The notes: generated by a model not told the origin, from the sequence alone. 63,811 bases of DNA, filler included, from Dicyema japonicum (GCA_011109175.1; 11 parts of 11 records of this genome joined end to end with filler, not necessarily neighbours in it); one strand, 5' to 3'; counted from the first letter of the whole stretch, positions 26,221-39,343 are shown. Made by a program: numbers and translations.

Positions 26221-27616
26221 TACGAGATCTCGGGAAGTACTACATCGACGAAATTATGGATATTGTTTACAGCGGTGATATTTATTGTATCAAGTAACAA
26301 GGATGCACTAAGACGACCGATGGAGGTAGCACCAGACCGCCGGCTATATGGTCTTTATTAATGACAATTCGAAAACGGATATCGTCGATATCAAAAGGAC
26401 GGAACCACGCAGTACTGAAAACTAGAGAAAGGCCAAAAACTTGGCTCGTTTTTAACGACTCAGAAGACATTGCCAGAAGGATATTATAATCTACGGTGAC
26501 CATACAAAAGCTTTTGAAATGTTGGATCACTCCGACTAAGATTGTATGAGGCTATCGTGAAATTGATCCTTAAGTATTTCTTTGGAAAATGGCGTATCTC
26601 GAAAACAGATGACGAAGGCTCGACTCCCTTCATAGGAATCAACTACATTCTCTCTTGGGATTAAGTGGCCTACACTTTAGTTACGATTTGGCAGATGCAT
26701 GCTGAACTACACTTTACAAATTGGCAGATCCAAGTTCGTGTAAGACGGACCTTCAATGGGGTGCTGGAGCTCGTGGCGTAAATGTTGTGCGCATTTCATT
26801 CTCAAGTTGAACTTGGTGTGATTCAAGCTGTCGCTGTATCTGTAAGTTTGTGGAGAAGGATCCAGTTTTGTTTGTGTTGTTTTGGAGTATTTGATAAGGG
26901 TTAACCCAATCGGTGGTCTAGAAAGGGGGCATGGTTAATTTTTATTAATTTTGTGCTTCGTTTTACTGTGTTCTTTATGGGTAAGGAAGATAAACGTTCT
27001 CGTCTTCAAGGAGTGCTTTGATCAGTTTTGGAGTCTTTCAAAGAGAGTTGAATTAACTCACCTGGTCTTAATATTTTATTATATGGCACCATTTTGGTTT
27101 ATATTGCAGTATTCGTAGTAAAATGACGATGCTCCTTATATAGTCAATTCTCCCACCATCGTTCACAACTGTTTGAACATATTCCTCTTCATTGAGAGTA
27201 ATCGTGTGTGAGTAAAGCTAGTAGTTTATGTCCTTACATGATTAATTAGGATACGCCGTTCTGCATAAATCTGAGGAAAACCGTCCGTTCTTTATCACCT
27301 ATCAAAGTCGATTACTTCTTTAATCGTTTTTTAAGTAAAATTATTCTTTTAGAGACAATAGTACAGCTGTGTAATTCAGTTGTCCAACCAGGATAATAAT
27401 TAAATCATAATAAATTTGAATTAATTAACACCAATTTTATATCCCAGAAAAATGAACCATTAAGTTAGTTAAATGTTAATTGAACTCCTCAAATTCCAAG
27501 TACATTATACTTGTTTTTAATGGCACTGCAGATTATTAGACTGAAATATTCACTTGTCGGCCTGCTGTTTCCTCTAAATATATTATTTTCTAACATATAC
27601 ATTTTATTATCTTTGA

Positions 27617-27716
27617 NNNNNNNNNNNNNNNNNNNNNNNNNNNNNNNNNNNNNNNNNNNNTTAATTAATTAANNNNNNNNNNNNNNNNNNNNNNNNNNNN
27701 NNNNNNNNNNNNNNNN
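27617..27716. other. Artificial contig spacer (44N-TTAATTAATTAA-44N); the same spacer occurs at 39191, 41213, 43462, 46934, 48515, 50752, 57545, 59571 and 62114
   Basis: Identical 100-nt layout ten times. The 12-mer places stop codons in all six frames. Confidence 0.97.
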
Positions 27717-28025
27717 TAATCTATATTTATAGGTTAACAAAATACAAAATATACATTAAACATTTTGACAACAGCCTTCAACACTATTTGATAAATCCAA
27801 TAATATAATTTATGACAATACAGCAGAAAAAATACTATAAAATAAACTCAAACACCCACCCACAAGAATGTTGAAAACGCACGCCAAATAATATGCTAAT
27901 GTATATATAGGTTCGCCATTTTTTAATACAATTAAAAAAAACTAAGTATTAAATTAATTTAAATTTGTCAAAATTTGTTTTTATTAAAATATTATAATAA
28001 TTTTTGTTGGTTGAGTAGTTGACAC

Positions 28026-28595
28026 CTATCTAATAGTGTTTATCTCCTCACCGATTCCACATCGGTGAGGTATGCATACTTTCAGTCCCAGTCGCAGAGA
28101 GATGCCACTTCTAACGCATTCATTATCCAGAAAGATACCCAGAGCTCCATTTTGGATAGCGTTTAGCCAAGCTCCGCTCTCAGGGGAAGCCCCCGAAAGC
28201 AAACAAGCGCGTCGGTGCTGATTGGCTGATTCCAGTAGGAGTCCAAATGATTTCCAGCGCAATAAATTTTCCAGGTTTCGCTGGCAGTCTTGTGAAAGAG
28301 GCAAAGGCAAGTTGGTGGCATTCCAGGCTTCTCGTACGTGGATTATGTCTTGGTCAATTGAGAATTCTGGTAAGGAGTGTAGAATCCTCATGACCGTTTC
28401 TGGGGGACCTCCTAAAACAGCGTCATCGAGGTACCAGATGTTGAGTGGGCATCGAGAGAGCTTCGTAATCCTCTCAATTCCAAGGGAGAACAGCAGTAGT
28501 CCGATGGGGTCGCCCTGTTTGAACACCTGAGGACGATGGAACCATGTGATCCCCGTGCAATAGAGATGTAGGCTTTCCGTATGAATAATTTGTCA
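28026..28595 (-). mobile_element. Internally deleted CRE-like copy of the same family as 13604-16530
   Basis: QGDPIGLLLF, WYLDD and GPPETV are fused in frame to RILHSLPEF...CIPHRCG. High nucleotide similarity to 14130-15240. Confidence 0.9.
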
Positions 28596-29217
28596 CATGG
28601 CCAAGCGTTACCTATGGGCAGCCTGTTACATTAACCTTGAACCAAGATTAACTTCATTAATTTTATAAATGATTTATTAACCACAAGAAATTAAATTTAA
28701 GTAACTTTTTTAGTCTACTCATTAATACAGTCGATATTTCTCCTTTCGAATTTTTTATCTATCAAATTAAACTATTTAAAACTACCTCCACGCGATTATT
28801 CGATAAAATATTAATTATTTCTGCAACTGGATAATACTGAGACTCAAACTTATCCAGTCGCAATGAGGGATTTGTTCCAAAGTCCTTTTTAGCCCGAACC
28901 TATTTATTAATGTTTTTTGATTCATACATTATCTCCCATGTCAAAAGTATATTTACTATTATGAACATTCATTTTCCTGTTCATAGCTTTGTAATAATTC
29001 GATTTTCTTTCAATCGATTTAATTTCGAAATTGAATCCCTTCGCATTCGGACACAAATTATCTGACTGGGAATTATCTAGATATAAATTTTTAAATCAAA
29101 CTACGTGAATTTTCAATAGATTCTGGAGTCGAACAATTAACCAAATCGTCAATTTGTTCTGGAATCGGACTTTCGTTAGAAAATGAATGGACCGATATGT
29201 TATAACTATCTAATTTA

Positions 29218-29450
29218 TCAAGCCATTTTTTTCACTGTTATCCATATTTTTGACAACTTCCTCGTGATCGTCTGATTAAATCTTTCGACAATTCCTTGTG
29301 CTCGTGGATTGTTAGGCCTTCCGTGAATTTGCTTAATGTTAAAATCTTCGCAAAGTTTTGTTATTTCTTGATTTTTAAATTTTAAATTCAGAAAATTTTT
29401 CGTGCAACGATTTCGCAACATGCTCCATTTTGGTTTCATTATCCAGGGAT
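29218..29450 (-). mobile_element. Retroviral-type integrase core remnant (Ginger/Gypsy-like)
   Basis: FKNQEITKLCEDFNIKQIHGRPNNPRAQGIVERFNQTI matches the rve D..E region. Confidence 0.7.
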
Positions 29451-30299
29451 ATGACTAACTTGGGATCAGTTGATTTAAGATACAGTATAAAATTATTGAA
29501 AATTTACAATACCTATCATTGATAATAGAAAAATTCTCTATCTTCTTTACAAGCCTATATTTTCGGTGGCTCGGAAGATTTTCGGGAAATTTATCATGCA
29601 AAGCATCTTTTAAAGTTTGATATTTAACGCAATCTTTCACAAAACCCTTGTAAGAAGCCATCGCAACATAATAGTCTTCCATGCTATAAATCACGCTAGA
29701 AATCTAGGTTTACCGCTATAAAAAAAAATCTTTATAATCATAACATTTATGAATAAAAAACTAATTTAACAGGATTAAATCACGATATAAATCGGATATA
29801 TAAAATTAAATGTCGGATAATCCAATGAGGAACTCATCCTCACCTTTGTCGGTCTGGGATCACTTAGTTAGATAAAACTTTTATTTCTTTCTTTTTGACC
29901 CAGTGATCCTGGGGGTAATAATAATAATAATGTCGGATAATCAAAAGACTTTTCAAGGTCGAAAAAATGTAACAGGCTGCCCATGCGTTACGCGCCGCCC
30001 ATGTGACATATATAGTGGTGACGTTTCCTTATGCGAAAAAGCATCAACTCCTATTCTACTCTCAAAAAACGACTGGAAACAATGTCCGGGTTTCAAAAAT
30101 AACGAAGCCCTCGGAGTGAGTCAAAACCAATAAAGTTCCTCCCAGTCTATGTGCAAGATCACAGTGAGGTCACTCTCACCCACAAACTCCAGAGGATTCG
30201 ACAGTTTATGCTGTCTATAAGCCTAAGACTGAGAAGTAAACAAACTCTGAGCGTGCTACCACAGCATCCAACACGACCGTAGTCACAAATCAGAGCCAA

Positions 30300-31540
30300 C
30301 CCCCCATTTTTAGAGATTTTCTCTGAAATCTCCGTTGCTATGGTGAAAGTCTTGGGGAGATTTCAATCACAATGTTGGACTGCGCTTGTCGCAAAAATAT
30401 ATTTTCGTCAACATTCTCACGACTTAGAGCTGTTTTATGTGGAGACAAGACATATTCCAGTTTATCCCCCTTGAGACTTATCAAGAGCACGTAATGACCA
30501 CTCAGCCATTTTATCAGGCATTTTATCCAAAAGTGCAATTAACTCCTTTTTGTTATTCGAAATAAAGTCCACGTCGTCCGCATATGCTATTATGCTCGTT
30601 CCTTCTCTGATATGAGGCTTCAAGTCTCGTAGAGCTGCCTCCAGATAAATAATGAACAAAATCGAGGATAATGGATCTTCTTGAGGAATACCAATTGTCG
30701 TTTCAAATGTCCTCGATAAAACTTTCCTCCATATATGGAAATTTTCTTTGAGAATTATCAGATCAATCTTCTTTGCAGGAAACTTCCCAACTTTAACATT
30801 ATTCTTTTTATGATCTCTGTCAATAAACCCTCCATAAACACGGGCATCAGTGACAATACTGAGGTCTTTTTGTCTGCAAATATTGTATTCTATTTGGTTG
30901 TAGATTTTCGCAATGCTTCCGTCAAACTTAGTTCTATTGCCTGACCAAGTTGTCCTGTGTCTTGCTGAGTGCATAAAGACCGTGTTACAAAAGAATAGAT
31001 TATTTTTTTGACAAAAGCTAGATAACAAGGTTCCTGCAATGTTCCTTTTTCCCCTTCAATGTCTTCCAATGAATTCTTCTTCTATAGTGATTCGACTTCC
31101 AACTTTTGCATTAAGATCACCGGCAATCAATATTAATGTGGACTTTGCATAATTGGAATAAACATAAGACAGATTCGAATAAAAGTCGTCAATTTCCACA
31201 GGTTTCTTATTGATCCATCCACTATGTGGAGCATATGTGTTAATAATAGTAAGATAACTCTTCGGAGAGTTATGATCGTCCAATGTTATTTGTAAAATCC
31301 CAATCCTTTCATTGATTGTCCAATAACGGTATATGCGCCGGAGTAGGTCCTTTCTTACAGCAAATCCGACTCCGTAATGTTTTGACTCCCCAGAGAGAAA
31401 TATTAACTGAAACTTTCCGTGTTGTTCTTCAAACTCCTTCGATATTTTTGTCTCTTGAAGACATCCGACTGATATCTTGTATTTTGAAAGGTCTTCACAA
31501 AGTTCTTTTCTTTTCCATGCACTAGAGAGTCTTTAGTAAA
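30300..31540 (-). mobile_element. RTE-like LINE with APE endonuclease and internally deleted RT
   Basis: APE motifs INTYAPHS, AGDLNAKVG, HRTTW, NQIEY, RDH are joined in frame to GIPQEDPLS, YLEAALRDL, AYADDVDF. Confidence 0.8.
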
Positions 31541-32689
31541 CTTAGAAAATACAGATGCAAGCAAAGGGCCCATCAGACGATGCTTTTTAAATTTATTTAA
31601 TTATTTAAATAATTTGTTTAAATTTTAGTTTGTATAAAAATATTACTTTTTATCAAAATTAGAGAGATGCAAAAAAATCTTTTCATTTATGGAGAGTGAG
31701 GAAAACCGGAGCCTTACTACCCTCCAATAAAGTTAGAAACCCCCGCCCAATCCGGAAATGCGTTGGAACCCGGGAAGAATACCGAGCAAGAATGAGATGG
31801 CTACTCAAGGCGGCCGGAATCACCTGACGGCTATGTAGTTATTTAATTTGTCGGTGATTTTTGGTTTTTAATAATAATATTTTATGGAGGTTCCAGGATT
31901 CCAAGACCAAGACATGAGATCACTTAATTAGATCTTTAAATCAATTTTAAGCAGACGACCGGTTTTAAGCAATAATTCAGTGACTCTTTGGTGAGAATGA
32001 GTAGAAGGAATCCTTATATTCTCTTCTAAACTATATGACCTGAATAGAAGCACTTTGCATGGAAGGCTAATTGTCATATAATTCGTTATTTTGACACTAC
32101 CTCTGTAGTTGCAGGACACTTTGTCGTTATAAGTCTTCCGGAGGTAACTATGACTGTTCGCGAAGAACTAGTTTTAACTCATCGCCTAAGCATTGCATGT
32201 AAATTCCAATTATCTATGGTTGACAGATGTCATAGGGAACCAGTAAAGCGGCGTAGTCTTCTACCTGTCTTTCTAACATAAAAACTGTATTTTTTACCTG
32301 AGATACTAAGTTGAGTTAAAAGACTTCATTAATATAAATAGATGCTCTCTTTCGATAGAAAAAACAAATATTGTAAGTCTACAGTATGACAGTCAGTTCC
32401 CACATTTTCCTTCTTACATATAGTCATTTTCAATGCTACTCAACCACGTGGATCAATTTAAGAGCATCTTCCAAGAATTTAACATAATTACCACTTTATT
32501 GTACCGAAACAAGTTTATTTTCACATTTTAATCGATTCTATCTTTCCCCAAAAAAAAATTGAATAAGTATTAATATATAATCACTTCAGCCACTGAGGTT
32601 CATTCCCTTAAGAGCAGCTATAATTTCCGTGACTTGGCTTTAAATCATACAAATCCGAACTACACTATGCAGGAAAGCCCATTCCGTCC

Positions 32690-33173
32690 TTGAATTAGCC
32701 ATCCTTCTGTCCACTTATGGTTTTTCAGAGTTGGCCATCTCGTTTTTATATACTTATCTGNNNNNNNNNNAATCCATATACTCCATCACAGCCAGAGCTC
32801 TTCCAATTCGGCGTATAGTGAATAATGTTCTTAACGAACTCAACTGTCATATCTAACGGTAAATTTTCTGCTCCTGTTATTCGCCTCCCAACAAAATTTC
32901 TGTGAGAATAATTCTGATTTTTTCCCATACATCTTTCCAAAATGACACGCACTCATCTTCTGTAACTTTACAATCTCTATTATTGACGTCATCGTTGAGC
33001 CTCCTATGAAACCTCCTCTTGTTCAGCTCAAAACAAAAATTATCTCGTCTAAAGGATTTTCTTGATTCATGAATTGAGATTTTTTTCTCCGTGATCTTGA
33101 TTTTATCTTCAATTAGGGTAGAGATTTTTTTCAGTTTTCCCTTCTTTGATTTCTTGTATCCAAACGAGCATAA
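32690..33173 (-). mobile_element. R4/Dong-like non-LTR RT N-terminal remnant
   Basis: FELNKRRFHRRL, FWKDVW and NWKSSGCDGVYG resemble the pre-RT region of RLE-type elements. Confidence 0.5.
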
Positions 33174-33680
33174 GCCGGGTGGCATAGTGATTAGGTGTCG
33201 GGCTAAAGTGGCTTAGGTTACGGGTTCGATTCGATTCTCGCTGCTGTTCACCTGGTGGGAGGTTCCACGAATCTACGATGCTAAAAGAATTTGACGAGTG
33301 ACGCCGTCATCAGTGGATATTCACTGCGGAACTGGATTGTCTAGAGAGGACCCACACACAAGAAAAATAAAAAAAGAAGTTAAGACTTACATCCAATCGG
33401 TTGTGCTGAAGAGAACGCTCGAAAATATGCTCATTGAACATAAACATGGGATGAAGGTATACGATGAAGAGTACGCCTCTGCTACCTCCCAACTTGTGGA
33501 ACTGGCATGCCGTGAGGACAGACCACTGGACTCTAACGGAGATATTTTGACTGAATCTGATGTGGAGATGCGGAGTAACAGGGAGGTTATGGCACACTCT
33601 TCTTCTAAGAGAAGAAAAGGGATTACCAACAATCTGGATCAAAATACGCTTAATTAGTTAATTTACTCGTTATTATTATT
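33174..33680 (+). mobile_element. tRNA-derived SINE (copy A) with a ~260 bp internal insert
   Basis: Box A TGGCATAGTG, box B GGTTCGATTC, core TTGACGAGTGACGCCGTCATCAGTG, A-rich linker, unique insert 33389-33648, then ATTAGTTAA and a TTATTATT tail. Confidence 0.75.
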
Positions 33681-33704
33681 TTATTTATAAAATAGTTATT
33701 TAGC

Positions 33705-33855
33705 AGAGTCTTCGCGCCAAGACGGTCTCTTTTTTAAGATCGCTTGGGTCAATGATTCCCAAAGTTATTAATGCGGGAAACCGAATTCAAAGGATTTCTC
33801 TGGAAATTGTCGGAGAAAACAGCCATTCTATCCTATCAGCTGGATTATTTTGATT
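33705..33855 (+). mobile_element. CRE-like 3' fragment
   Basis: Nucleotide homology to the reverse complement of 6150-6330, ending ...AGCCATTCTATCCTATCAGCTGGATTATTTTGA. Confidence 0.65.
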
Positions 33856-33929
33856 GTCTTGTTACCTAATAATTTGTTTTCAATAAAAAAGTTAATTAGT
33901 TGGTTTAACTCCTTTCTTGATGTAAATTA

Positions 33930-34300
33930 CCCTTCCTGTATATCTTGGGTTATTTAATAAATCTCATATATAATGTTTTTTAATTATTATTTCAAGGAGA
34001 TCTCTTGCTTACCGAACGCGACAGAACTTATCGTGGAGGACTTGAAGCTGGTAGATATCCTGTGCAACTGGAACTTCTTGGACTTGACTCCAAGAAAGAT
34101 CTGACTCTTTGGGATGATTTGAAATACCTTGCTTGGAACATTACTTATGTCAGTGGCTTTTTTCTTTTCATCCATGTGTTGTCGCTTACTCACCCAGGAT
34201 CAACCTCATCGAGGACAAAACTTTTGAAAAAAAGACCCTTGAATTGCGCATGGTGACTCAAGAGACGCATTAATATCCTCACAAAAAATCTTAAAATTTA
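33930..34300 (-). mobile_element. Decayed Gypsy RT/connection remnant
   Basis: HMDEKKKATDISNVP..PKSQIFLG resembles the Gypsy DP.K..AI...P...RSFLG block. Confidence 0.35.
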
Positions 34301-34814
34301 TCCTGAAACGGACTGATTATATGTTCTACCAGATAATACATTAAATTACATGGAAATATTAAAGAAGGAATGATTGGACATTTAACATATTCTATCTTAT
34401 ATAAAGACCATTTGGTCAATAATAAATCCCCAAAACAGAGAACAATAAAATTGGACAGGATAATAAAAATTTATGAAAATATTTGTCAGGAATCTAAGGA
34501 TTCAATTAAATCAGGCCAATCGTTTTAACCTTTTCCATAGGAATAACGTCTTCGATGTTACTTCTTGGCTTATACTTTTTATTTAAATTCTCGAGCGGAG
34601 TGGGCACTTCTCTAAACATCCTTCACTTTTCCTGAATTACATATACAGTACGACCACTCCCAATAGAAAAGTGCCACAAATATAGAGGGTATATATAATT
34701 TTACATATTAAAACTATTATTTGTATTTTTAATAACAAAATATGTTGTTTCGATAAAAAAAGAAAATTTAATTTATTTTATGAGAAATAATCAGTTATTT
34801 TGAACTCAGTATTA

Positions 34815-35110
34815 TACTGGACACCTTCTCAGGAGCCAGATTGCTGACGGCGACGCACTCTCTTGGAGACGCAGCCGACCAGGCGGAGTCAAGAAGATCC
34901 ATAAGTACGAATCCCTCGGAGACCATTACCATTTCGCCCCCATTGTTGTGGAGACAACTGGAACTGTAGACGCGTAGACGGAAGCCTTTCTCCACAGCAT
35001 CGGAAGCAAACTCGCTTCAAAAAGGTGCGAGCCACGGGAGGGACTCTGTTGAGGCAGAGGCTCGAAATGGCGATTATTAGAGGTAACGCCTTCGCCATCT
35101 GTCGTCCTAA
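34815..35110 (+). mobile_element. CRE-like 3' fragment
   Basis: DTF...DAADQAES, HKYESLGDHYHFAPIVVETTG, IIRGNA. Confidence 0.75.
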
Positions 35111-35509
35111 TTATTGCCTAATTTTCATTATTAATATTTCATTATAATAAAAAATATAAGTGTTATACTTATTTCTTAGAATCTTTGAAATTTTTATTCT
35201 TAATTCATAGTTTTCTTTGAGCCCTTCAGGCAAGTATTGAATAAAGAAGTTTCGAGATTATTCATTATTCTTATTGAATCTTTTAAACATAACCCTTCAA
35301 TCTATTCATTTCCATTATACAAAGTACCATTATCTTCCATTCCGTTTATTTCAAAATTCCATTAACCCTGAACATGTTTATCAATCAATTCAAATGCTTT
35401 TTTTGAATCAATTTCACGAACACATGTTCTCTGTTTGTTTATTATATACAACAATTGACAATCGTTGTTGTTGTTACTCGACTCCAAGCATTTCCTACAA
35501 ATGCAATTA

Positions 35510-36276
35510 TTTGCCTACTCGACTCCAAGCTACCCAGCCATACTAGAACCTGTTGGTCTGGACAGAGGAGATGGAAAACGTCTCGACGGGATCACAATTT
35601 TCCCATTCGAAGAGGGGAAACCTTTGGTCTGGGACGCTACTTGTGTCGACACGCTTTGCCCGTCCAACGTTGTCGGGAGCGCAGTGGACAAACCACTGTA
35701 TGCCGCCGAAAAAACGATGAGGGCAAAGGAGAAGAAATACGAAGCGCNCCAATGCCTCTCTTGTCGAAGGAGTGCAGGACGATTCCCAAGACACAAGGCG
35801 ATCAACGGAATTGTCAAGCGAGCCCTGGAGTCTGCGGGATACCCAGCCATACTAGAACCTGTTGGTCTGGACAGAGGAGACGGAAAACGTCCCGACGGGA
35901 TCACAATTTTCCCATTCGAAGAGGGGAAACCTTTGGTCTGGGACGCTACTTGTGTCGACACGCTTTGCCCGTCCAACATTGTCGGGAGCGCGGTAGACAC
36001 ACTGTATTCCGCGGAAAAAACGATGATGGCAAAGGAGAAGAAATACGAAGCGCTACGCGACCGATTCGCGTTTTATCCGATAGTGGTCGAGACAACTTGA
36101 GGAATAAGTGGAAAATCGCTTCGCTTCCTAAAGAAACTTGGACGCTTAGCTACACTAAAAAGCCACGACGCACGTGAGACCCGGTGGCTACTTTAGTTGA
36201 TCTCTGTCGCAATCGTGAGAGGCAACGCAACGTCGATAATGTCGGCGGGGTCCACTTTGGATGGATGGCAGTTTTA
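35510..36276 (+). mobile_element. CRE-like endonuclease domain and 3' end, duplicated across a single N
   Basis: [41 protein letters not shown] occurs twice, either side of N35748. Also CRRSAGRFPRH, VVETT and VRGNA. Confidence 0.9.
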
Positions 36277-36599
36277 AATATGATTTACTGGGGATAAATT
36301 AACTGATTATTTATAATATATCATAAAAATCTCTTCAACTAATATGCCGTGCCAGATCACGTGGGCAGGTCTCATTTTAGAGACCAAATTATTAGAATAA
36401 GCTTAAATATATATTTGTTAAACTTATAACTGGAAGTCAAAAATTTGGATGAAGTGGGGGATAGCGATACTTTGTAGTGTTGAAAGACAAATGAAGTAAC
36501 ACTCTAAATTGGGAAACTTTAAAATTGCCTTATAAATCAGAAAAAATAATGATTTAAATCTACAAATGAACATGCATTCTCACTTAACAATAGTGGACT

Positions 36600-37250
36600 G
36601 ATCAACATCAAACCACTTAGTTAGAGGGTTTGATGTCGACGTTCGCTGGTTACATCTAAGACCCACAAACAAGGAGAGACTACCCTTAGATTAACTTGGG
36701 AGTGGTCTAACATCAGTTGTGTCCAAGAGTGTGTTGTTTCAATTCTTGTCCAATCAACACTAATGTGGGGATTGGAATGATACACTTTGAAGCACAGCAT
36801 GGTGGCTACATACGTCTTATTTATGCACTTTCGAAGGATGTGGAGAAAATTTAATTCTCTCTTAAATTCATGGCCCACATTCTCGTTGACCACATGCGTC
36901 TGTCCTTGCATCACACAAATTCTGGGATTTTTGAAAATCGTACTGTTGAAGATCGTCTGTACGATCTACTCCCTTTTTGGCACAATATTTGCTGAATTTT
37001 GCATTCTTGTTATTTCTCCCCCCATTAATTTTCATTATGAGAAAAAATAAAAATCAGATTCACTTTACTCCATCATCAAGTGACCACATTCCTCTTCAAA
37101 AAGTCCCCGTTTTTTCTGAAAAGAACACTGTTCGTCTACCAAAGTTGATCGATCTATGGGAGAGCCCGGCATTCGTTCCGTCCTACTTAATAGCCGCTGG
37201 TCTCCTACATGTTAGTGAGGCCGACCTACTTAACTAACCAACATTGATAT
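36600..37250 (-). mobile_element. Decayed integrase-like remnant
   Basis: HVVNENVGHEFK and YHSNPH resemble the SDNG.EF and HGRP.HP motifs. Heavily interrupted. Confidence 0.3.
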
Positions 37251-37379
37251 TCCTTTTTACCAGTTTTCTGTTTTTTGAACATAAAGCAATCCCAATCCTT
37301 CATCTTTGACCAAACTTACATATGGGAGTAACAAGGATTCATTTCCTGGAAGTATTGACTCATCGGTTGTAATTCGTTT

Positions 37380-37990
37380 CAGTATTGTTGCTGATCAAAT
37401 GGACTTCACAATATCTGAGGAGCGCATAAACAGCACTGAATCCATCCTCACCAGAAGGAAGGCATCCCTTTTTCTTATGTGAAGCGGTGGATATTCGTCT
37501 TCCCTTCAGCCCTCCGGCCAATCAACCACTTGACTAACTCAACATCAACGTCGGATGCATATAGGAAAATCAGGAAAGGATCATCTGTCAGAAGCTGCGT
37601 GGTGAGAATGACTTTTGTTAGTAATTTCTGCAGACCACGAGGGAACAACGGAAAATTAATAAATATGTAAAAAATAGGAAGTTAAAAATGCTGGAGACTA
37701 CATTTTTAAAATTACATGAACATGAAGCATTTACCAAATATTCCAACAAAATAGTAATCGGAATCAATATTTGTTGATTTTAATAAATTTCAACCACATC
37801 TAGAGCACTTGAGTGCAATGCATAATCTCGATTAAGCAATAATCGGTAAATGAACATCTGCATGGGGCTAAATCAATTTGTGTTATTTCCCTTATTGATT
37901 CCAGAACATAGGTTCGATCTAATCAAAATTCCTTTTCTTGGCAGCGTTAGTTTGGGTTTACCCTTGGTCTTTGGAATAATTTATTGAAAG
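37380..37990 (-). mobile_element. Decayed CR1/L2-type RT remnant
   Basis: Shares the IIPKTKGK block with 47690-47710. Faint RT-like order on the minus strand. Confidence 0.35.
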
Positions 37991-38062
37991 ATAAAATAAA
38001 GGAAAATCCAAGACACCCGTGTTAAAAAAAGGAAAGTTAGTTTAAAGCGAAATTAAGCCGAA

Positions 38063-38317
38063 TCAGTCAGCGTTCTCACTTTCTTCTTCGGAATCTTCAT
38101 CATCATCTTCATCATCATTTTCATCACTTTCATCTTCTCCATTCTCTGATTCTTCTTCAACGTCTTCTATATTTTCTTCTACTTGTTCATCCATAGTTAA
38201 ATCATCAGTTGTTGGATTTTCGACTTTGGAAGATTCTAATTTTATCGTTAACATATTTTTACTTATTTTATTGATGGTCAACAGTGAAAACAAAATCAGT
38301 AAAATCTTGAAACTCAT
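38063..38317 (-). CDS. Small putative secreted, highly acidic peptide (about 75 aa after splicing)
   Basis: Hydrophobic N-terminus MSFKILLILFSLLTINKI, probable 27-nt in-frame GT-AG intron, and a D/E-rich tail (EEESENGEDESDENDDEDDDEDSEEESENAD). AT-rich promoter-like region upstream. Confidence 0.55.
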   Translation of the reverse strand: MSFKILLILFSLLTINKISKNMLTIKLESSKVENPTTDDLTMDEQVEENIEDVEEESENGEDESDENDDEDDDEDSEEESENAD

Positions 38318-38479
38318 TTTGTTTATAATTTTCAAAAATTTTTATTGTTTATTTAGGTTAACCATCGACAACAAAATCTTTAATATTTATAAAATAAAAT
38401 ATAAAATTATTTTTATTAATTATTTAATTTTTTTTTTTTTTTTTTTTTTTAAAGAAATTTATTTATAACAATAAAATCG

Positions 38480-38580
38480 TTCTAAAGTCCAGCGGATATG
38501 ATCGAGTGGCTGTTACCTCTGACTACTGCCAGGGATATCCTTTGGAAAAGCCACTCGGTTTCCCGACGCTCCCTCGAGGC
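38480..38580 (-). mobile_element. CRE-like extreme 3' fragment
   Basis: RRETEWLFQRISLAVVRGNSHSIISAGL*. Confidence 0.75.
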
Positions 38581-39343
38581 TTTATTTAATTAATAGCAAT
38601 TTGTCACTTCAACTTAAACGACAACGAAAACTTCCAAACACTCCCCTTTTTCAAAATCCCTCTCAGTTACCTTTAGAACTCTGCAAATACGAGAATGGAG
38701 AGTCCTTTACTGCTCTTTTCCAATGAGACGGACCACAGTCGAAAACCGTTCCCGCCGAACTCGACGACTTCATTTCCGGTTTGGGATAGTTTGATATATT
38801 TCTCTTGATAGTCCTGTACAGGCTTCCACTTAACAAGAAAGGTGGAGAAGTAGGTCCGCCCCGTTCAATTTTCATCACACGTCCTATCGTCGCGGACATC
38901 ACTTCATTCTTCAGAGAATAGTTTCATATGAATAGTTTCATAATCTTCACCAGATGATTTGGTCGTAATCAATCTCTTCAAAGCATATAAATTTTTAACT
39001 TTTTGACTTAGTAAATTAGTTAAATCCATTTCCGTGCTACCCATAAACAGATGAAAACTTAAGGATCCACTTGTGACGTGATCTTCACTATACGTTCTAA
39101 AGGTTTTCTTATGTAACTTTCCTCCTCGATGTATGCACAAGGTATCCTGTCTGACTTTGAAAGCTACAATTGAAAACGAGGTAGAATAGANNNNNNNNNN
39201 NNNNNNNNNNNNNNNNNNNNNNNNNNNNNNNNNNTTAATTAATTAANNNNNNNNNNNNNNNNNNNNNNNNNNNNNNNNNNNNNNNNNNNNTTAAAAAATT
39301 AAAATTCTAAAACAAGTTAAAAAAGAGATTCACATAAAAATAA

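Noticed and set aside
33174-33250. Functional tRNA genes at the SINE heads
   Set aside because: A and B boxes are present, but acceptor and anticodon stems do not close properly, and each head continues into the shared SINE body.
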